This document shows positions 48,425 to 59,248 of a stretch of DNA of 64,000 bases, one piece after another. The stretch is from Desulfomonilia bacterium (GTDB lineage Bacteria; Desulfobacterota; Desulfomonilia; UBA1062). The stretch lies in contig JBEKDT010000005.1 of NCBI GenBank assembly GCA_050014195.1, forward strand, positions 1-64,000, in the 5' to 3' direction. How positions within the stretch are numbered: position 1 is the stretch's first letter; each line of letters opens with the position of its first letter. A program made the translations under genes and the position numbers. The notes under the pieces were generated by a model, which ran no database searches, was not told the DNA's origin, and was given only the letters and a program-made list of their open reading frames with translations.

Positions 48425-48594
48425 TATAATAATATATATAAATTCAATAGATTGAAGATTGTGCGGATCTACAGAACTTCCCTATGGGGTAATTATTTTC
48501 ATAGGTGGAGTGAAATACTTTTCCATGCTCAATTTTATTAAATAAATTTGGTGAGTTTTAATTTGATGTAATATGAATAATACCAGGGAGTAAT

Positions 48595-49827
48595 TCAGGT
48601 GGATACCTGGTTGCGTCCCTGTTTCTTGGCACGGTAAAGTGCCTTGTCCGCTACCTTGAGCACGTCGTTGGGCGTCCTGGCACGCTCACTCGGCCAGGCC
48701 ACACCAATGCTGATGGTGACCGAGACACTCTTGGGCGAAGTCTTGACCCTTCTCGGTGTCTTGGGCTTGCGCCTCGGTCTCATGCGGGAGCGGATGGCAA
48801 ATTCCGCATGGGCCACTTCTTTCCTGAGATCCTCGAGATGTTGCAGGGCATCATCGGCATACCTACCGGGGAAGATCACGGTGAATTCCTCCCCACCATA
48901 CCGGAACGCCTTCCCACCACCTGTCACCCTAGTGAGCCTTGAGGCCACCATACGCAGAACCTGGTCGCCTACATCGTGGCCGTGCTTGTCGTTAAACTTT
49001 TTAAAGTGATCGATGTCGAGCATGGCCAGGCAATACCGGCCGCCCAATTTCAGAAGATCTTCCTTCAAAGCCCTGCGGGCCGGCAGCCCGGTGAGCTCAT
49101 CCTTGAAGGCCATGGAATGGGATACCTCGATGACGGACACCAGAAGGATGAGAGCTGCGGTGGAGAAGTGAAATCCCATCTGATGTTTCTGCCCGGCTGA
49201 AGCAATTGCAATGAGAACCATGACGATCCCCCAGAAAAACCCGCTCTCCTTTGCCCCACCCTCCCGGACATACAGGGCGGTCATAACGATAAGACAGAGC
49301 AGGCACACCGCCATCGGGATCTGCGGGACGCTCAGTTTCTGCAGGAAGGTGAAAGGGAGAAGAACATGTTCAAGAAGGGCAGCATAATGCTCAGGGTCAG
49401 GACCGGCAATGATGCCGACCATCAAGGGCTGCACAAGTATCAGCGCAAGACGGCTTAAGCCCCTGGTAGTGAAAACCCCCCTTTCCCTTGCCACGGATAA
49501 AACAACGAGGTTAAGCGGCAGGAGCAGAGCGGCAGAATCAAAGGCCACGCGCCAGAGAATGTCACCCGCAGGGTGGACTGCCCCGAAGTGTACAAGGCTC
49601 CAATGAACAAAAGCGATGCATACGCAACCGAACACGAGGGCGGAGCGGTTGAACCGCCACCCGAAGGCCATGGAAATGATATACGCTGCATAGGGGTATA
49701 TGCTGATGACGGCTTCCAGATGAGTTTGGATTCCCTGGGCATGCACGAGGAAAAGGGATGCCAGCACCAGCATGCCCCCGGGAAGAAAAAATGACAGAAC
49801 AGCATTCATGTACCAACGCCCCTTCAT
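48595..49827 (-). CDS. membrane-bound diguanylate cyclase (GGEEF)
   Basis: Multiple TM helices, DELTGL, DIDHFK, GHDVGD, RYGGEEF. No RxxD I-site. Confidence 0.9.
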   Translation of the reverse strand: MKGRWYMNAVLSFFLPGGMLVLASLFLVHAQGIQTHLEAVISIYPYAAYIISMAFGWRFNRSALVFGCVCIAFVHWSLVHFGAVHPAGDILWRVAFDSAALLLPLNLVVLSVARERGVFTTRGLSRLALILVQPLMVGIIAGPDPEHYAALLEHVLLPFTFLQKLSVPQIPMAVCLLCLIVMTALYVREGGAKESGFFWGIVMVLIAIASAGQKHQMGFHFSTAALILLVSVIEVSHSMAFKDELTGLPARRALKEDLLKLGGRYCLAMLDIDHFKKFNDKHGHDVGDQVLRMVASRLTRVTGGGKAFRYGGEEFTVIFPGRYADDALQHLEDLRKEVAHAEFAIRSRMRPRRKPKTPRRVKTSPKSVSVTISIGVAWPSERARTPNDVLKVADKALYRAKKQGRNQVST

Positions 49828-49963
49828 GTGGGTGCCGATGAAATAAGAGAACCTGTCACGACCACCCGAGATATGTTACGGTGTTCATGCGTAAGAACTT
49901 GAATGGATCACGCTTAAGCACGCTTAAATTGTCTTGTGGCGAGAAATCCGATACAGTGAGCCG

Positions 49964-50941
49964 ATGGACGTGTTCTTCTATGAGGCCTTTTCCGAAGAGG
50001 AAGAGGCGCTGCTCAGATACCTCCCGGCAAACATCAGTGCGGGTTTTATGAAAGAGACCATCCAGGAGTCGGGCCATGCATTGCCGGCCGCCGCACTCAT
50101 CAGCATAAGGACACAGTCTTTCATCCCGCTCATGTGGGGCTCACACATTACGGGAATTCTGACCAGGAGCACGGGATACGACCATATCACCGCCTACCTG
50201 ACGACTTCAGGCGCGCAGGTCCGGGCAGGCTACCTGCCCCTGTACTGCAGCCGGGCAGTGGGCGAACAGGCCATGCTGTTATGGCTCGGCCTCATGAGAA
50301 AGATAAGATCTCAGATGGCTAACCTGCCCTGCTTCAACCGGGACGGACTCACAGGCATGGAGTGTTTGGGCAAGACCCTGCTCGTGGTGGGCGTGGGCAA
50401 CATCGGATCCGAGATCTGCCGTATCGGTGATGCCCTCGGCATGAAGGTCCTTGGGGTGGACATCGTCATGAGGCATCCTTCCATTTGCTATGTATCCATA
50501 GAGGATGCCATAACAAAGGCCGATGTGATCTGCTGCGCCATGAACCTGACAGAGAAGAATCACAGCTACTTCACCTATGATCTTTTAACAAAGGCCAAGC
50601 AGGGTGCGATCTTTGTAAACATAGCCCGCGGAGAGCTTGCCCCCGCAGCCGATTTATTGCGACTTCTGGAAGAAGGGCACCTCGGGGGTGTAGGGCTCGA
50701 TGTCTATGAAAACGAGGGGGAACTTGCCGTAGCCTTGCGATCGGGCTTGCCTGCAAAAGATCCTGCGGTACGCTCAGTGCTTGCTCTCAGCAGGCATGCC
50801 GATGCCGTACTGACCCCGCACAATGCCTTCAACACGACAGAATCTGTCGAACGAAAGGCCCACATGAGCATACAGCAGATAGCGCACTTTTTAAAACATG
50901 GTGATTTCATATGGAAGGTGCCGCTCCGAGGATGTCCATAG
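49964..50941 (+). CDS. D-isomer-specific 2-hydroxyacid dehydrogenase
   Basis: RSTGYDH, GVGNIG, VNIARG, LDVYENE, TPHNAFNT. Confidence 0.88.
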   Translation: MDVFFYEAFSEEEEALLRYLPANISAGFMKETIQESGHALPAAALISIRTQSFIPLMWGSHITGILTRSTGYDHITAYLTTSGAQVRAGYLPLYCSRAVGEQAMLLWLGLMRKIRSQMANLPCFNRDGLTGMECLGKTLLVVGVGNIGSEICRIGDALGMKVLGVDIVMRHPSICYVSIEDAITKADVICCAMNLTEKNHSYFTYDLLTKAKQGAIFVNIARGELAPAADLLRLLEEGHLGGVGLDVYENEGELAVALRSGLPAKDPAVRSVLALSRHADAVLTPHNAFNTTESVERKAHMSIQQIAHFLKHGDFIWKVPLRGCP

Positions 50942-51050
50942 CCCAAGTTTTTAGAGAGTAATGATATCAGATAAAAGGTGTTTCTTTGAATGGGCAAAAG
51001 CGTATGAGAACAATACGCTCTATCGCACAACAACTCGACAGCTTCTTCCA

Positions 51051-51959
51051 TCAGGTTTTGCAGTGCTTATAAACCTCTCTTATTGCCTGGGCTATTGCAT
51101 CGGGCTCTTCTTCCTGGATAAAGTGGCCGGCTTTTGTGCGCTGAACTGATGCATCGGGCATGAGTTCTATCATCCTGCGGAGCGCTCTGCCCAGGATAGG
51201 GTCTTTCTCTCCCCATACAATAGCGCTCGGTCCATGGAAGGTCCGGATGAATTCCTCGCATACCTTAAGCTCTTTAACACTTGGGTGTGTGAGAGATGCG
51301 GGTACCATGCGGGCAAGGGCTAGGGGTGCAATGCGGTCGGATATATGGCGAAGGGGGTATCGGTAGGCTTGTGCAACCTTACCCTGAATTGATGACGGAT
51401 CTCCTTGTGTCTTATGCAGAACGTTCTGTGGAAAACCGAGGAGCCTGAAAACAAAATCGCTTATTATGGGGAGATTGCTGAACCGGTGGAACAATGTGGG
51501 TCGAAATCCTTGGTGGGGTGGCCTCAATGCGGTGTTCAGGACTACCAAGCCTTTTAATAAATGAGGCCTGTCTGAGAGCGTCCTTACCCCGATGGGTCCT
51601 CCCCAGTCCTGGCATACGAGGATTATTCCTTCCACTCCCAAAGAATCTACAAATGAACCCAACCATGAGGCGTGGTTGATAAGGCTGTGATCATTCATTG
51701 ATCGGGGCTTACTGGAAAAGCCGAGACCAATGAGATCCGGGGCAATGCAATTAAGCGGCATATCTCTCAGAAGGTATACTATTTTACGGTACAGGAAGCC
51801 CCAGGTGGGATTGCCATGGAGCATGAGCACCGGCATTCCCTTACCCCACTCCATGACATGCATGAGTTGCCCGTGGGCATCCACGACCTTGCGGTGAACA
51901 CCTGCAGGGAGCATGTCTTCAATCCAGGCAGGCATGTCGGGTTTCCTGAGGTCTTCCAT
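51051..51959 (-). CDS. haloalkane dehalogenase-like alpha/beta hydrolase
   Basis: HGNPTWGFLYR, PDLIGLG.S, QDWGG, WGEKD, GHFIQEE. Confidence 0.85.
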   Translation of the reverse strand: MEDLRKPDMPAWIEDMLPAGVHRKVVDAHGQLMHVMEWGKGMPVLMLHGNPTWGFLYRKIVYLLRDMPLNCIAPDLIGLGFSSKPRSMNDHSLINHASWLGSFVDSLGVEGIILVCQDWGGPIGVRTLSDRPHLLKGLVVLNTALRPPHQGFRPTLFHRFSNLPIISDFVFRLLGFPQNVLHKTQGDPSSIQGKVAQAYRYPLRHISDRIAPLALARMVPASLTHPSVKELKVCEEFIRTFHGPSAIVWGEKDPILGRALRRMIELMPDASVQRTKAGHFIQEEEPDAIAQAIREVYKHCKT

Positions 51960-52242
51960 ACATGATCTCCTTTTCATATCCTATACGCTCATTCTCATGA
52001 AAGAACCATGCGGTGCGGTAGCAACATGAACTGATGAGTGGAAGATTAGTATTGTAAGCCGTGTATCATTTATTATATATAGATAATGATACTTCATTAC
52101 CTAATTATTGGCGTGATTTTTGTTATTTACTTTAGCGGGTTGTAAATAAAATAGTTAATATTTCAAGCGGCACATAAAAAGTAGTGACTTGTGGTAATGA
52201 ATTTTCATTACCCATATTCGAATTCAAAGAGGGGTCTGTTTT

Positions 52243-54867
52243 ATGAAAATAAGTAACGATGTAATAATTTATTCAGTAGTCTTTGCATTAAGCTTCATTA
52301 CCTTCTACACCTTCTTGAAAATCGGCGTCAAAAAAATCGCTGATACGGTGACGGCAAAACCGCTGCGTTTTATCCTTCTTTCATTGATAATCGTGGGAAT
52401 CATCGGAATCGGAATTAAAAATCTAACCCTTGAACCCGATGTAAAGGTGCTGCTCCCGGAGAAAATCCCTGCACGCATAACATTCAATAAGATTGAACAG
52501 TTGTTTGGCGGTGTTGACACCGTTTATTTCTGTGTGACTGCAAAAAACGGGACTGTCTGGGACCCGCATATCCTCTCTCAGATTCGTGGGATCAGTAAAA
52601 AATTAAAGACTTCTCCTTATGTAGACCAGATCCTGTCTATCACTGAGACAAAATCCATCTCGAACAAAGAAAATATGATGGAAGTCACTCATGTGGTTCC
52701 GGAAGATATGACTCTCATTAGGCCGGAAGATGTCGACAAGATCCGGAATAATGCAAAAGCCAACGACGTGCTTTTTAAGCGCCTGATAAGCCCTGATGAA
52801 AAATCGGCGTTGATCGTTGCGTCGGTCAATCTTCATGTCCCGGTGACCAGGTCCGATGGCAGGAAAACATATGCCTGGATCCAGGACAAAGACCTCTGCG
52901 AACGACTTCCGGACAAACCTGATAAGCCAACCATGCTCAATATCATGGATAAATACGCTGATCCTGCATACAAACTCACACTCACCGGCTTCCCATACCT
53001 CCGATATAACATCTGGAAGCAGATGGCCTCGGACATGAAGCTTTTCCTTATACTCGGCATCATTGTCATGCTGGCTTTTCTTTATGCAAGCTTTAGAACA
53101 CTCAGAGGGATGCTCCTTCCGTTAATCGTAGTATTGCTCTCAGTCACTGCATCCTTCGGTTTCATGGGGTGGATGAGAGAGAAGATAACACTTCCTTTCC
53201 TCATCATGGGCCCGATGCTCATCGCCATTGCGCATAACTATGGGACACAGCTCATTGCAAAGTATTACGAGGATGTGCAGGATGCTCACGGCCAACTAAC
53301 CAAAGAGGATGTAAAGCACATCGCCGGAAAGGGCATCATCTCGATCGGTGCACCCGTCTTCATCTCTGCGATCACCGTTATCGTGGGGTTCGTAACAATG
53401 ATCTCTCATCCCGTCAGGGGCCTTGCATTGCTGGGGTTTTTCTGCGCCTTCGGGATCATTGCCGCGTTCATCCTGACGATCCTCTTCCATACGGCGATCC
53501 TTTCCTACATCAATGTACCGCAGATGCTCATCGACAAACCCCATGGAACAAAAACGGACAAGGTACTGAAATCTATTGCGCAGTTCACTATCAACAGAAA
53601 GATTGAAATGCTCGCTGGTCTATTCCTTCTGGCAGCGCTATGCGTGTACTTTATCCCGAAGATAGAGTCTGATGCAAATGTGATGAATCAATTCCCGAGA
53701 AGTTCGTCGATCTACAAGGATGCAGAGTTCATCAGCGATACCTTCGGCGGTTACAGCACGCTCAACGTCCTTATCGAGTCAACCCATCCCGTTGCCGATG
53801 ACTCCCCGGAAGACGGACCCATAAAGAATCCGCAGATACTCAAGTGGATGGAAGGCTTCCAGAAATATGCACTTGAGCAAACTGATCCGAAAACAAACAA
53901 AAAGCTCATCGGTGATGCGTTATCCATGTCTGATTTTATCTCGTACATGAACAGAATCATGAAAAACGACCCCAATGAGAACAGAGTCCCGGACAGCCGT
54001 AATCTTATCGCCCAATATTTACTGTCTTATGAGAATCAGAGCTCGGGAGAATTTTCCAGCCTTGTCGACTATAAGTTCAACAAGGCGCAGACTATTATCC
54101 GGCTGCCCGATATGAGCACTCCCCGCCTGCACGTCCTTATCGCTCATCTGAAACAGTATATAAAGGATCATCCGAATAGAGAAATCCAGGTCTCTTTTGG
54201 TGGGGCAGTCGAGATAAATGCCGAGCTCGGAACCATGATCGTTGATGGGCAGATCTGGAGCCTTACGCTCAGTGTTTTAATCATTATCATCTGCTATATG
54301 ATCTTCTTCAGGTCCTTTATCGCAGGACTGATCGCAGCTGTACCACTGTTCTGTGCGGTAACGCTCGTCTTCGGCATCATGGGGGCTCTTCATATTCCGC
54401 TGGATTATATCACAGCAACATTGACCGGCATAAGCATCGGTGTAGGAACCGACTATACGGCATACTTCCTCTGGAGGCTCAGGGAACGGTCACGAGCATG
54501 TGGAAACCTTGAAGCCGGCTATATCGAAACAATGACATCCATAGGTAAAGGGATTGTGTATAACGGATTCTCCGTTGTGGTAGGATTTTTTGTATTCTTT
54601 TTCAGCAACTTTATCCCCTTACGCTTTTTCGGCTTCCTGATCTCGTTCTCGATCCTTGCCTGCATCGCCAGCACACTCACTATACTTCCTGTTGTTATAT
54701 TCATGGTGAAACCGAAGTTTCTCATGCAGACAGCAACAGAAAGGCACGAAGGCTTGGAAGGCTTGATGAGGATGCCCAAACAGGAACCTCAGCCCGGAGC
54801 GGTGAACATCTCAGGGTATCCGTATGGGGCTCCTTTAGAGAGAGGATATAGGGAAGACCAATCATAA
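52243..54867 (+). CDS. MMPL/RND-family transporter
   Basis: Duplicated TM + large loop + TM-bundle architecture. IAHNYG and GVGTDY motifs. Confidence 0.88.
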   Translation: MKISNDVIIYSVVFALSFITFYTFLKIGVKKIADTVTAKPLRFILLSLIIVGIIGIGIKNLTLEPDVKVLLPEKIPARITFNKIEQLFGGVDTVYFCVTAKNGTVWDPHILSQIRGISKKLKTSPYVDQILSITETKSISNKENMMEVTHVVPEDMTLIRPEDVDKIRNNAKANDVLFKRLISPDEKSALIVASVNLHVPVTRSDGRKTYAWIQDKDLCERLPDKPDKPTMLNIMDKYADPAYKLTLTGFPYLRYNIWKQMASDMKLFLILGIIVMLAFLYASFRTLRGMLLPLIVVLLSVTASFGFMGWMREKITLPFLIMGPMLIAIAHNYGTQLIAKYYEDVQDAHGQLTKEDVKHIAGKGIISIGAPVFISAITVIVGFVTMISHPVRGLALLGFFCAFGIIAAFILTILFHTAILSYINVPQMLIDKPHGTKTDKVLKSIAQFTINRKIEMLAGLFLLAALCVYFIPKIESDANVMNQFPRSSSIYKDAEFISDTFGGYSTLNVLIESTHPVADDSPEDGPIKNPQILKWMEGFQKYALEQTDPKTNKKLIGDALSMSDFISYMNRIMKNDPNENRVPDSRNLIAQYLLSYENQSSGEFSSLVDYKFNKAQTIIRLPDMSTPRLHVLIAHLKQYIKDHPNREIQVSFGGAVEINAELGTMIVDGQIWSLTLSVLIIIICYMIFFRSFIAGLIAAVPLFCAVTLVFGIMGALHIPLDYITATLTGISIGVGTDYTAYFLWRLRERSRACGNLEAGYIETMTSIGKGIVYNGFSVVVGFFVFFFSNFIPLRFFGFLISFSILACIASTLTILPVVIFMVKPKFLMQTATERHEGLEGLMRMPKQEPQPGAVNISGYPYGAPLERGYREDQS

Positions 54868-54924
54868 AGCTATCACACCCATATGATCATCTCATCACGA
54901 AAGTAGATGAATGCAATATGTGTA

Positions 54925-56613
54925 TCATGACCTGTTCATTATTTTCCTAAGCTCACGCTTCAAGACCTTGCCCACAGCACTTGTAGGAAGCTGATCCATG
55001 AACTCGACCACTTTCGGTACCTTGTAGGGGGCCACATTTTCCCTCAGATATTTGATGATCTTCTCTTTTTCAGCCTCGTTCCTTTCAATGCCGGGCTTGA
55101 GCACAATGGCGACCCCTACCCGCTCGGATCCGGGCCGATCCGGATCTTGAATGCCGACGGAGGCTGCGAGTTCGATATCAGGATGTTTTATGAGAACATC
55201 GTCGAGTTCACGGGTGAAGACCTTGAACCCGGATACTATGACCATGTCTTTTATCCGATCCACAAGGTAGAAGTAACCATCCTCATCCATCCTGGCCACG
55301 TCTCCCGTGAAAAGCCAGCCGTCCCTGATGGTGTTGGCGGTTTCCTCGGGCCGGTTGTAGTATCCCTTCATGAGCTGCGGCCCTCGTATGGCAATCTCGC
55401 CGGGCTCTCCGGGTTTCGCTGCCTGTTTCGTCTCGGGATCGATGAGCATGAACTCCGTGTCCGGCAGGGGCATGCCGATGGAGGACGGCTTCTTTTTCCC
55501 AAAGCGGGGATTGCAGCACGTCACCGGGGATGTTTCCGTCATCCCGTACAACTCGATGAAATTGCCCTTCCCGATGATACTCTCGAGTTCCCCGATATAC
55601 TCGGGCGGGAACGGCGCCGCGGCACTAAGGCACCACTTGATGCTGCTCAAGTCCAGTTTTTTGAATTCGGGTTTTTTCATCAATTCGAAGAACACGGTCG
55701 GCACATTCACGATAGCGTGAGGCTTATAGTCCTTGATTGCCTTGATAATAAAATGCGTATCCCGCGGATTCGGCACGCAGATCTGGGTGCCGCCGACGGT
55801 GAGGGAAAACCCGCCGAAAGCGAGGCCTGCAATGTGGAAGAGCGGGAAGGCCGAGAGTGCTAAAAAATCGGGTCCTATGTCAAGCCATGCAAGTGTCTGC
55901 GCCCGATTGGACATATAGCTGCGCTGGGTGATCAGTGCACCTTTTGAAGGTCCGGTAGTCCCTCCGGTGTACATCATAAAGATCGTATCGTTGATGGTAC
56001 GTTTTACGGCAACGTGATCTTTCGGCATCCCCTTAATGGCATCCATGAATTTCAACACGTCCTTGCCGGGGAGAGGCTTTATCTCGCCTGTGGGTATTTT
56101 CTTCAATAACTTGCCGAGGACCCTCTTCACACCGGGCAGAAAATCGGCGATCCCGGAGACAATCACACAGGATAATTTCGTCTTGTCTGCAATTTCCGCA
56201 ATCTTCTCGAAAAGGAGATCTACGCTTATGATAATCTTCGCCTGTGAGTCATTCAACTGATGCTCCATCTCATTGGGCGTAAGCAGGGGGCTCAGCCCTG
56301 TGGATACGCAACCCGCCTTCTGGACTGCGATAATGCTGATATAATGGGCGGGTATATTGGGCATGTGGAGACCCACCACGTCGTTCGGCTTGAGGCCGGA
56401 CTTGATGAGATACCCAGCGAGCTGGTTTGACAGCTCATCGATGTTGCGGTAGGTGAGCTGCCGGCCCATGTAAACAAGGGCTGTCTTGTTCGGGTATTTT
56501 GCTACGACTTCCTGGAACTTTTCTGCAAAGGTCTTTTCTTCGTACTTCAGCGTCGATGGTACTCGCTTGTCATAATTCTTCAGCCATGGTTTTTCCGAAT
56601 AGATATCCCCCAT
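54925..56613 (-). CDS. long-chain-fatty-acid--CoA ligase
   Basis: YTGGTTGPSKG, PLFH, YGMTE, TGD, DRIKD, GKVLKR. Confidence 0.9.
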   Translation of the reverse strand: MGDIYSEKPWLKNYDKRVPSTLKYEEKTFAEKFQEVVAKYPNKTALVYMGRQLTYRNIDELSNQLAGYLIKSGLKPNDVVGLHMPNIPAHYISIIAVQKAGCVSTGLSPLLTPNEMEHQLNDSQAKIIISVDLLFEKIAEIADKTKLSCVIVSGIADFLPGVKRVLGKLLKKIPTGEIKPLPGKDVLKFMDAIKGMPKDHVAVKRTINDTIFMMYTGGTTGPSKGALITQRSYMSNRAQTLAWLDIGPDFLALSAFPLFHIAGLAFGGFSLTVGGTQICVPNPRDTHFIIKAIKDYKPHAIVNVPTVFFELMKKPEFKKLDLSSIKWCLSAAAPFPPEYIGELESIIGKGNFIELYGMTETSPVTCCNPRFGKKKPSSIGMPLPDTEFMLIDPETKQAAKPGEPGEIAIRGPQLMKGYYNRPEETANTIRDGWLFTGDVARMDEDGYFYLVDRIKDMVIVSGFKVFTRELDDVLIKHPDIELAASVGIQDPDRPGSERVGVAIVLKPGIERNEAEKEKIIKYLRENVAPYKVPKVVEFMDQLPTSAVGKVLKRELRKIMNRS

Positions 56614-56711
56614 TCCAATACCTCCTATTTCAAATTATTATAAATCCATAATAATACTAATTATGCTCATTGTAAATCGCAGAGGTGGTGGTCATGATCT
56701 GAAAAAAGTAT

Positions 56712-57092
56712 TTAACAGGCTAATACGTCCCGAATAGCTTCTGCTAATTCAGATCTTGAAAACGGTTTAGGCAAGAATCTCTGGATGTCTTCCCTTTGTT
56801 CCTGCAGTTCCTGTAACGTCTCATCCGACCCGGAACAGAGAATCACAGGAATGTCTTCACGAATTTGGTGTATATGGGTAACAAACTCATGACCTTTCAT
56901 CCCTGGCATGAATTGATCGGTTATGATCAGTTGAAATTTATCAGGTTCTTCACGGAAGAAATTAAGTGCTTTGTAAGGATCGTTTGTTGAGGTCACATCG
57001 TAGCCAAAATAGACAAGCAGTTGATGGAAGCTCCTCAGGTCCGTCATGTTGTCATCTACGAGTAAAATATACTTAATTCGCTGTCCGTTCAT
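56712..57092 (-). CDS. single-domain response regulator
   Basis: LLVDD, ITDQFMP, CSG, KPF. Confidence 0.85.
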   Translation of the reverse strand: MNGQRIKYILLVDDNMTDLRSFHQLLVYFGYDVTSTNDPYKALNFFREEPDKFQLIITDQFMPGMKGHEFVTHIHQIREDIPVILCSGSDETLQELQEQREDIQRFLPKPFSRSELAEAIRDVLAC

Positions 57093-57114
57093 TTGAACAA
57101 TATTATTTAAGGGA

Positions 57115-58938
57115 CTAATTCAGAGAATCAAGATGCACGGGAAAGAAAATTTCGAAGCGGGTGCCTTTCCCAATTACACTTCTAATAAGTATTGAGCCTT
57201 GAACATTTTTTACTACACTATATACAACTGCAAGACCTAACCCGGTTCCCTTATCTTCCTTCTTGGTAGTAAAAAATAGATCAAATATTTTATCCAGTAT
57301 TTCCTGGTTAATCCCAACACCTGTATCACGAATTGTGAGTTTCATATATCTACCAGGTTTGAGATCAGAAACCGTGGCAGGAATGTTCTCCGTAATCTCT
57401 TTCTCCTTAAGGGATACACCGAGAAACCCCTTACTTGGTCCCATTGCCTGTATTGCATTCATGCAGAGATTAAGAACCAGCTGATAGATCTGTGTTGCAT
57501 CTGCTCGAACAAGGCTATCTTTTGCTGTTACCCATTGTTTAAGCTTAATATTAGGAGGTATCAATCGCTTGAAAAAGGTCAGTGCTTCCTGAACAACCTG
57601 ACCGATATGAATGGGTTTGTATAGTGACTTTTTCCCAGGGCTGAATAATTTGATCTGACTGACAAGGTTTTTTCCTAGATGTACAGCATCAATAATCTGG
57701 TCAAGGTATTCACGCTCCTGAGTTCCTTGAGGGATCACGTCAGAGATGAGCTCTGTATTAATCAGGATGGGTTGGAGTACATTCTTAAAATCATGGGCTA
57801 TCCCACTAGCCAATATACCGAGAGCCTCCATCTTCTGGGCCTGAATAAGTTGCAACTCTAGGTTCTTCTTATCTTCTTCAAGGGCAAGCTGCCTCCGATA
57901 CGCTTCAGCCTGTCTCCCCCGATACCACATGCCGATCAAGGTCGCGACCGTGATGATTATAAGTGAGAATGTAATAGTGATCATGAGGGCGGTCTTGCGG
58001 ATAGGAGAATAGATTTCGTCCTGATCCACTTTGGCAACCATAAACCAAGGGGTATCAGGGATTTTCTTTAATGCAGCCAAAACTGCATGGCCACTATAGT
58101 CAATCCCTTCGACTATCCCCTCCTGACCCCGTGCAGCTATGGCTGCGGGAAGATTTGGTTGGGATATGGGGAGACGGTAGGTAAGGGCGGTATTTCTTTG
58201 CTGGCGAAGATCATTTAAATACACAACGTCATTGCCCTCCCTTCGAACGATATACGTCTCAGCCGTTCGACTCGGTGTCGGCCATGATTGTACGAACGGA
58301 TAGACAGACACCTCAGGGTCGATCTCCAGAAGGATATAGCCCAGAGGAGAATTATCTTTCGGCGGATCTTTGGGAACCATGATAATCATTCCCATCCTTA
58401 CAGGATGGCTGGGCGTACAACGATAGAAATCAATGAATGTTATCTTTCCCGGTGACAGGCCCTTAGAGATAATACTCTTCACTAAGGGACATAAAAGCTC
58501 ACCGGGTTCAGGTACTGATAGCCTCCGCCCTTCGTCAGTACCAAAGACTGATACTTGAACATATTTATAATTGGTATGCTGTGATTCCAGCCAGGATGTA
58601 ATATCTTGACGCAGCTCCTTAGATGCATTGCCTTTTAAAAACAGAGAAAGGGAACGTCTGAACATGGTGTTTGAATATGCTGCCATAGTGTCTGCGATGC
58701 GTTCCTTACGCCAAGCAGTCAATTGGTTAATCTTCAGCTCTGCTATAACGTTCAATTCTTCTTGTTTATCCTTTTTTATGGCCTGTTTCTGGTGTTCATA
58801 ATAGAGAGTTCCCGAAGCTATGATACCTGCGGATAGAACAAGAAAAGCGACAAAGAGATACATGGGAGTTATGAGATTTTTTCGCACAAGTATGTTATTT
58901 TCTTTCATAGAATCATTAAAAGAATAAAAAGCAAACAA
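57115..58938 (-). CDS. membrane sensor histidine kinase (periplasmic Cache-like domain)
   Basis: Two TMs, GIAHDFKN, NLCMNA, DTGVG, FFTTK, GTGLGL. Confidence 0.9.
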   Translation of the reverse strand: MFAFYSFNDSMKENNILVRKNLITPMYLFVAFLVLSAGIIASGTLYYEHQKQAIKKDKQEELNVIAELKINQLTAWRKERIADTMAAYSNTMFRRSLSLFLKGNASKELRQDITSWLESQHTNYKYVQVSVFGTDEGRRLSVPEPGELLCPLVKSIISKGLSPGKITFIDFYRCTPSHPVRMGMIIMVPKDPPKDNSPLGYILLEIDPEVSVYPFVQSWPTPSRTAETYIVRREGNDVVYLNDLRQQRNTALTYRLPISQPNLPAAIAARGQEGIVEGIDYSGHAVLAALKKIPDTPWFMVAKVDQDEIYSPIRKTALMITITFSLIIITVATLIGMWYRGRQAEAYRRQLALEEDKKNLELQLIQAQKMEALGILASGIAHDFKNVLQPILINTELISDVIPQGTQEREYLDQIIDAVHLGKNLVSQIKLFSPGKKSLYKPIHIGQVVQEALTFFKRLIPPNIKLKQWVTAKDSLVRADATQIYQLVLNLCMNAIQAMGPSKGFLGVSLKEKEITENIPATVSDLKPGRYMKLTIRDTGVGINQEILDKIFDLFFTTKKEDKGTGLGLAVVYSVVKNVQGSILIRSVIGKGTRFEIFFPVHLDSLN

Positions 58939-59248
58939 TATTTTCCAATAATCACAATTAATCTTATGACTTCAAGTGCCTTTTGAATAAAGGGCACCTA
59001 TCATAATCCCCCATCCATGCTTCTTTCCATGTTACCAACTAAGACGCCTAAGTATACAGTCCTGTTTACAGGAAGACGAGGAATATTTGTAACTGCCCTT
59101 ATCCAGAAGAGATTATATAGCAAAATTTCTTGAGGATCGTATAATGTTCTGGCTATGTCTCTCTACTTCCCTTGACAAAGTTGTCACGAACTTTATTATA
59201 ATCTGCCTTAGAGGCAGTGGGCTATTTTACTGTTTTAGGAGGATGAAG

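Noticed and set aside
56712-57117. Frameshift-split hybrid kinase
   Set aside because: The kinase ends normally after its ATPase domain, the 22-bp gap contains a further stop, and the receiver has its own ATG, so a separate HK/RR pair is sufficient.
58976-58997. Hairpin GTGCCTTTT-GAAT-AAAGGGCAC as terminator
   Set aside because: It lies between divergent genes with no gene ending there.
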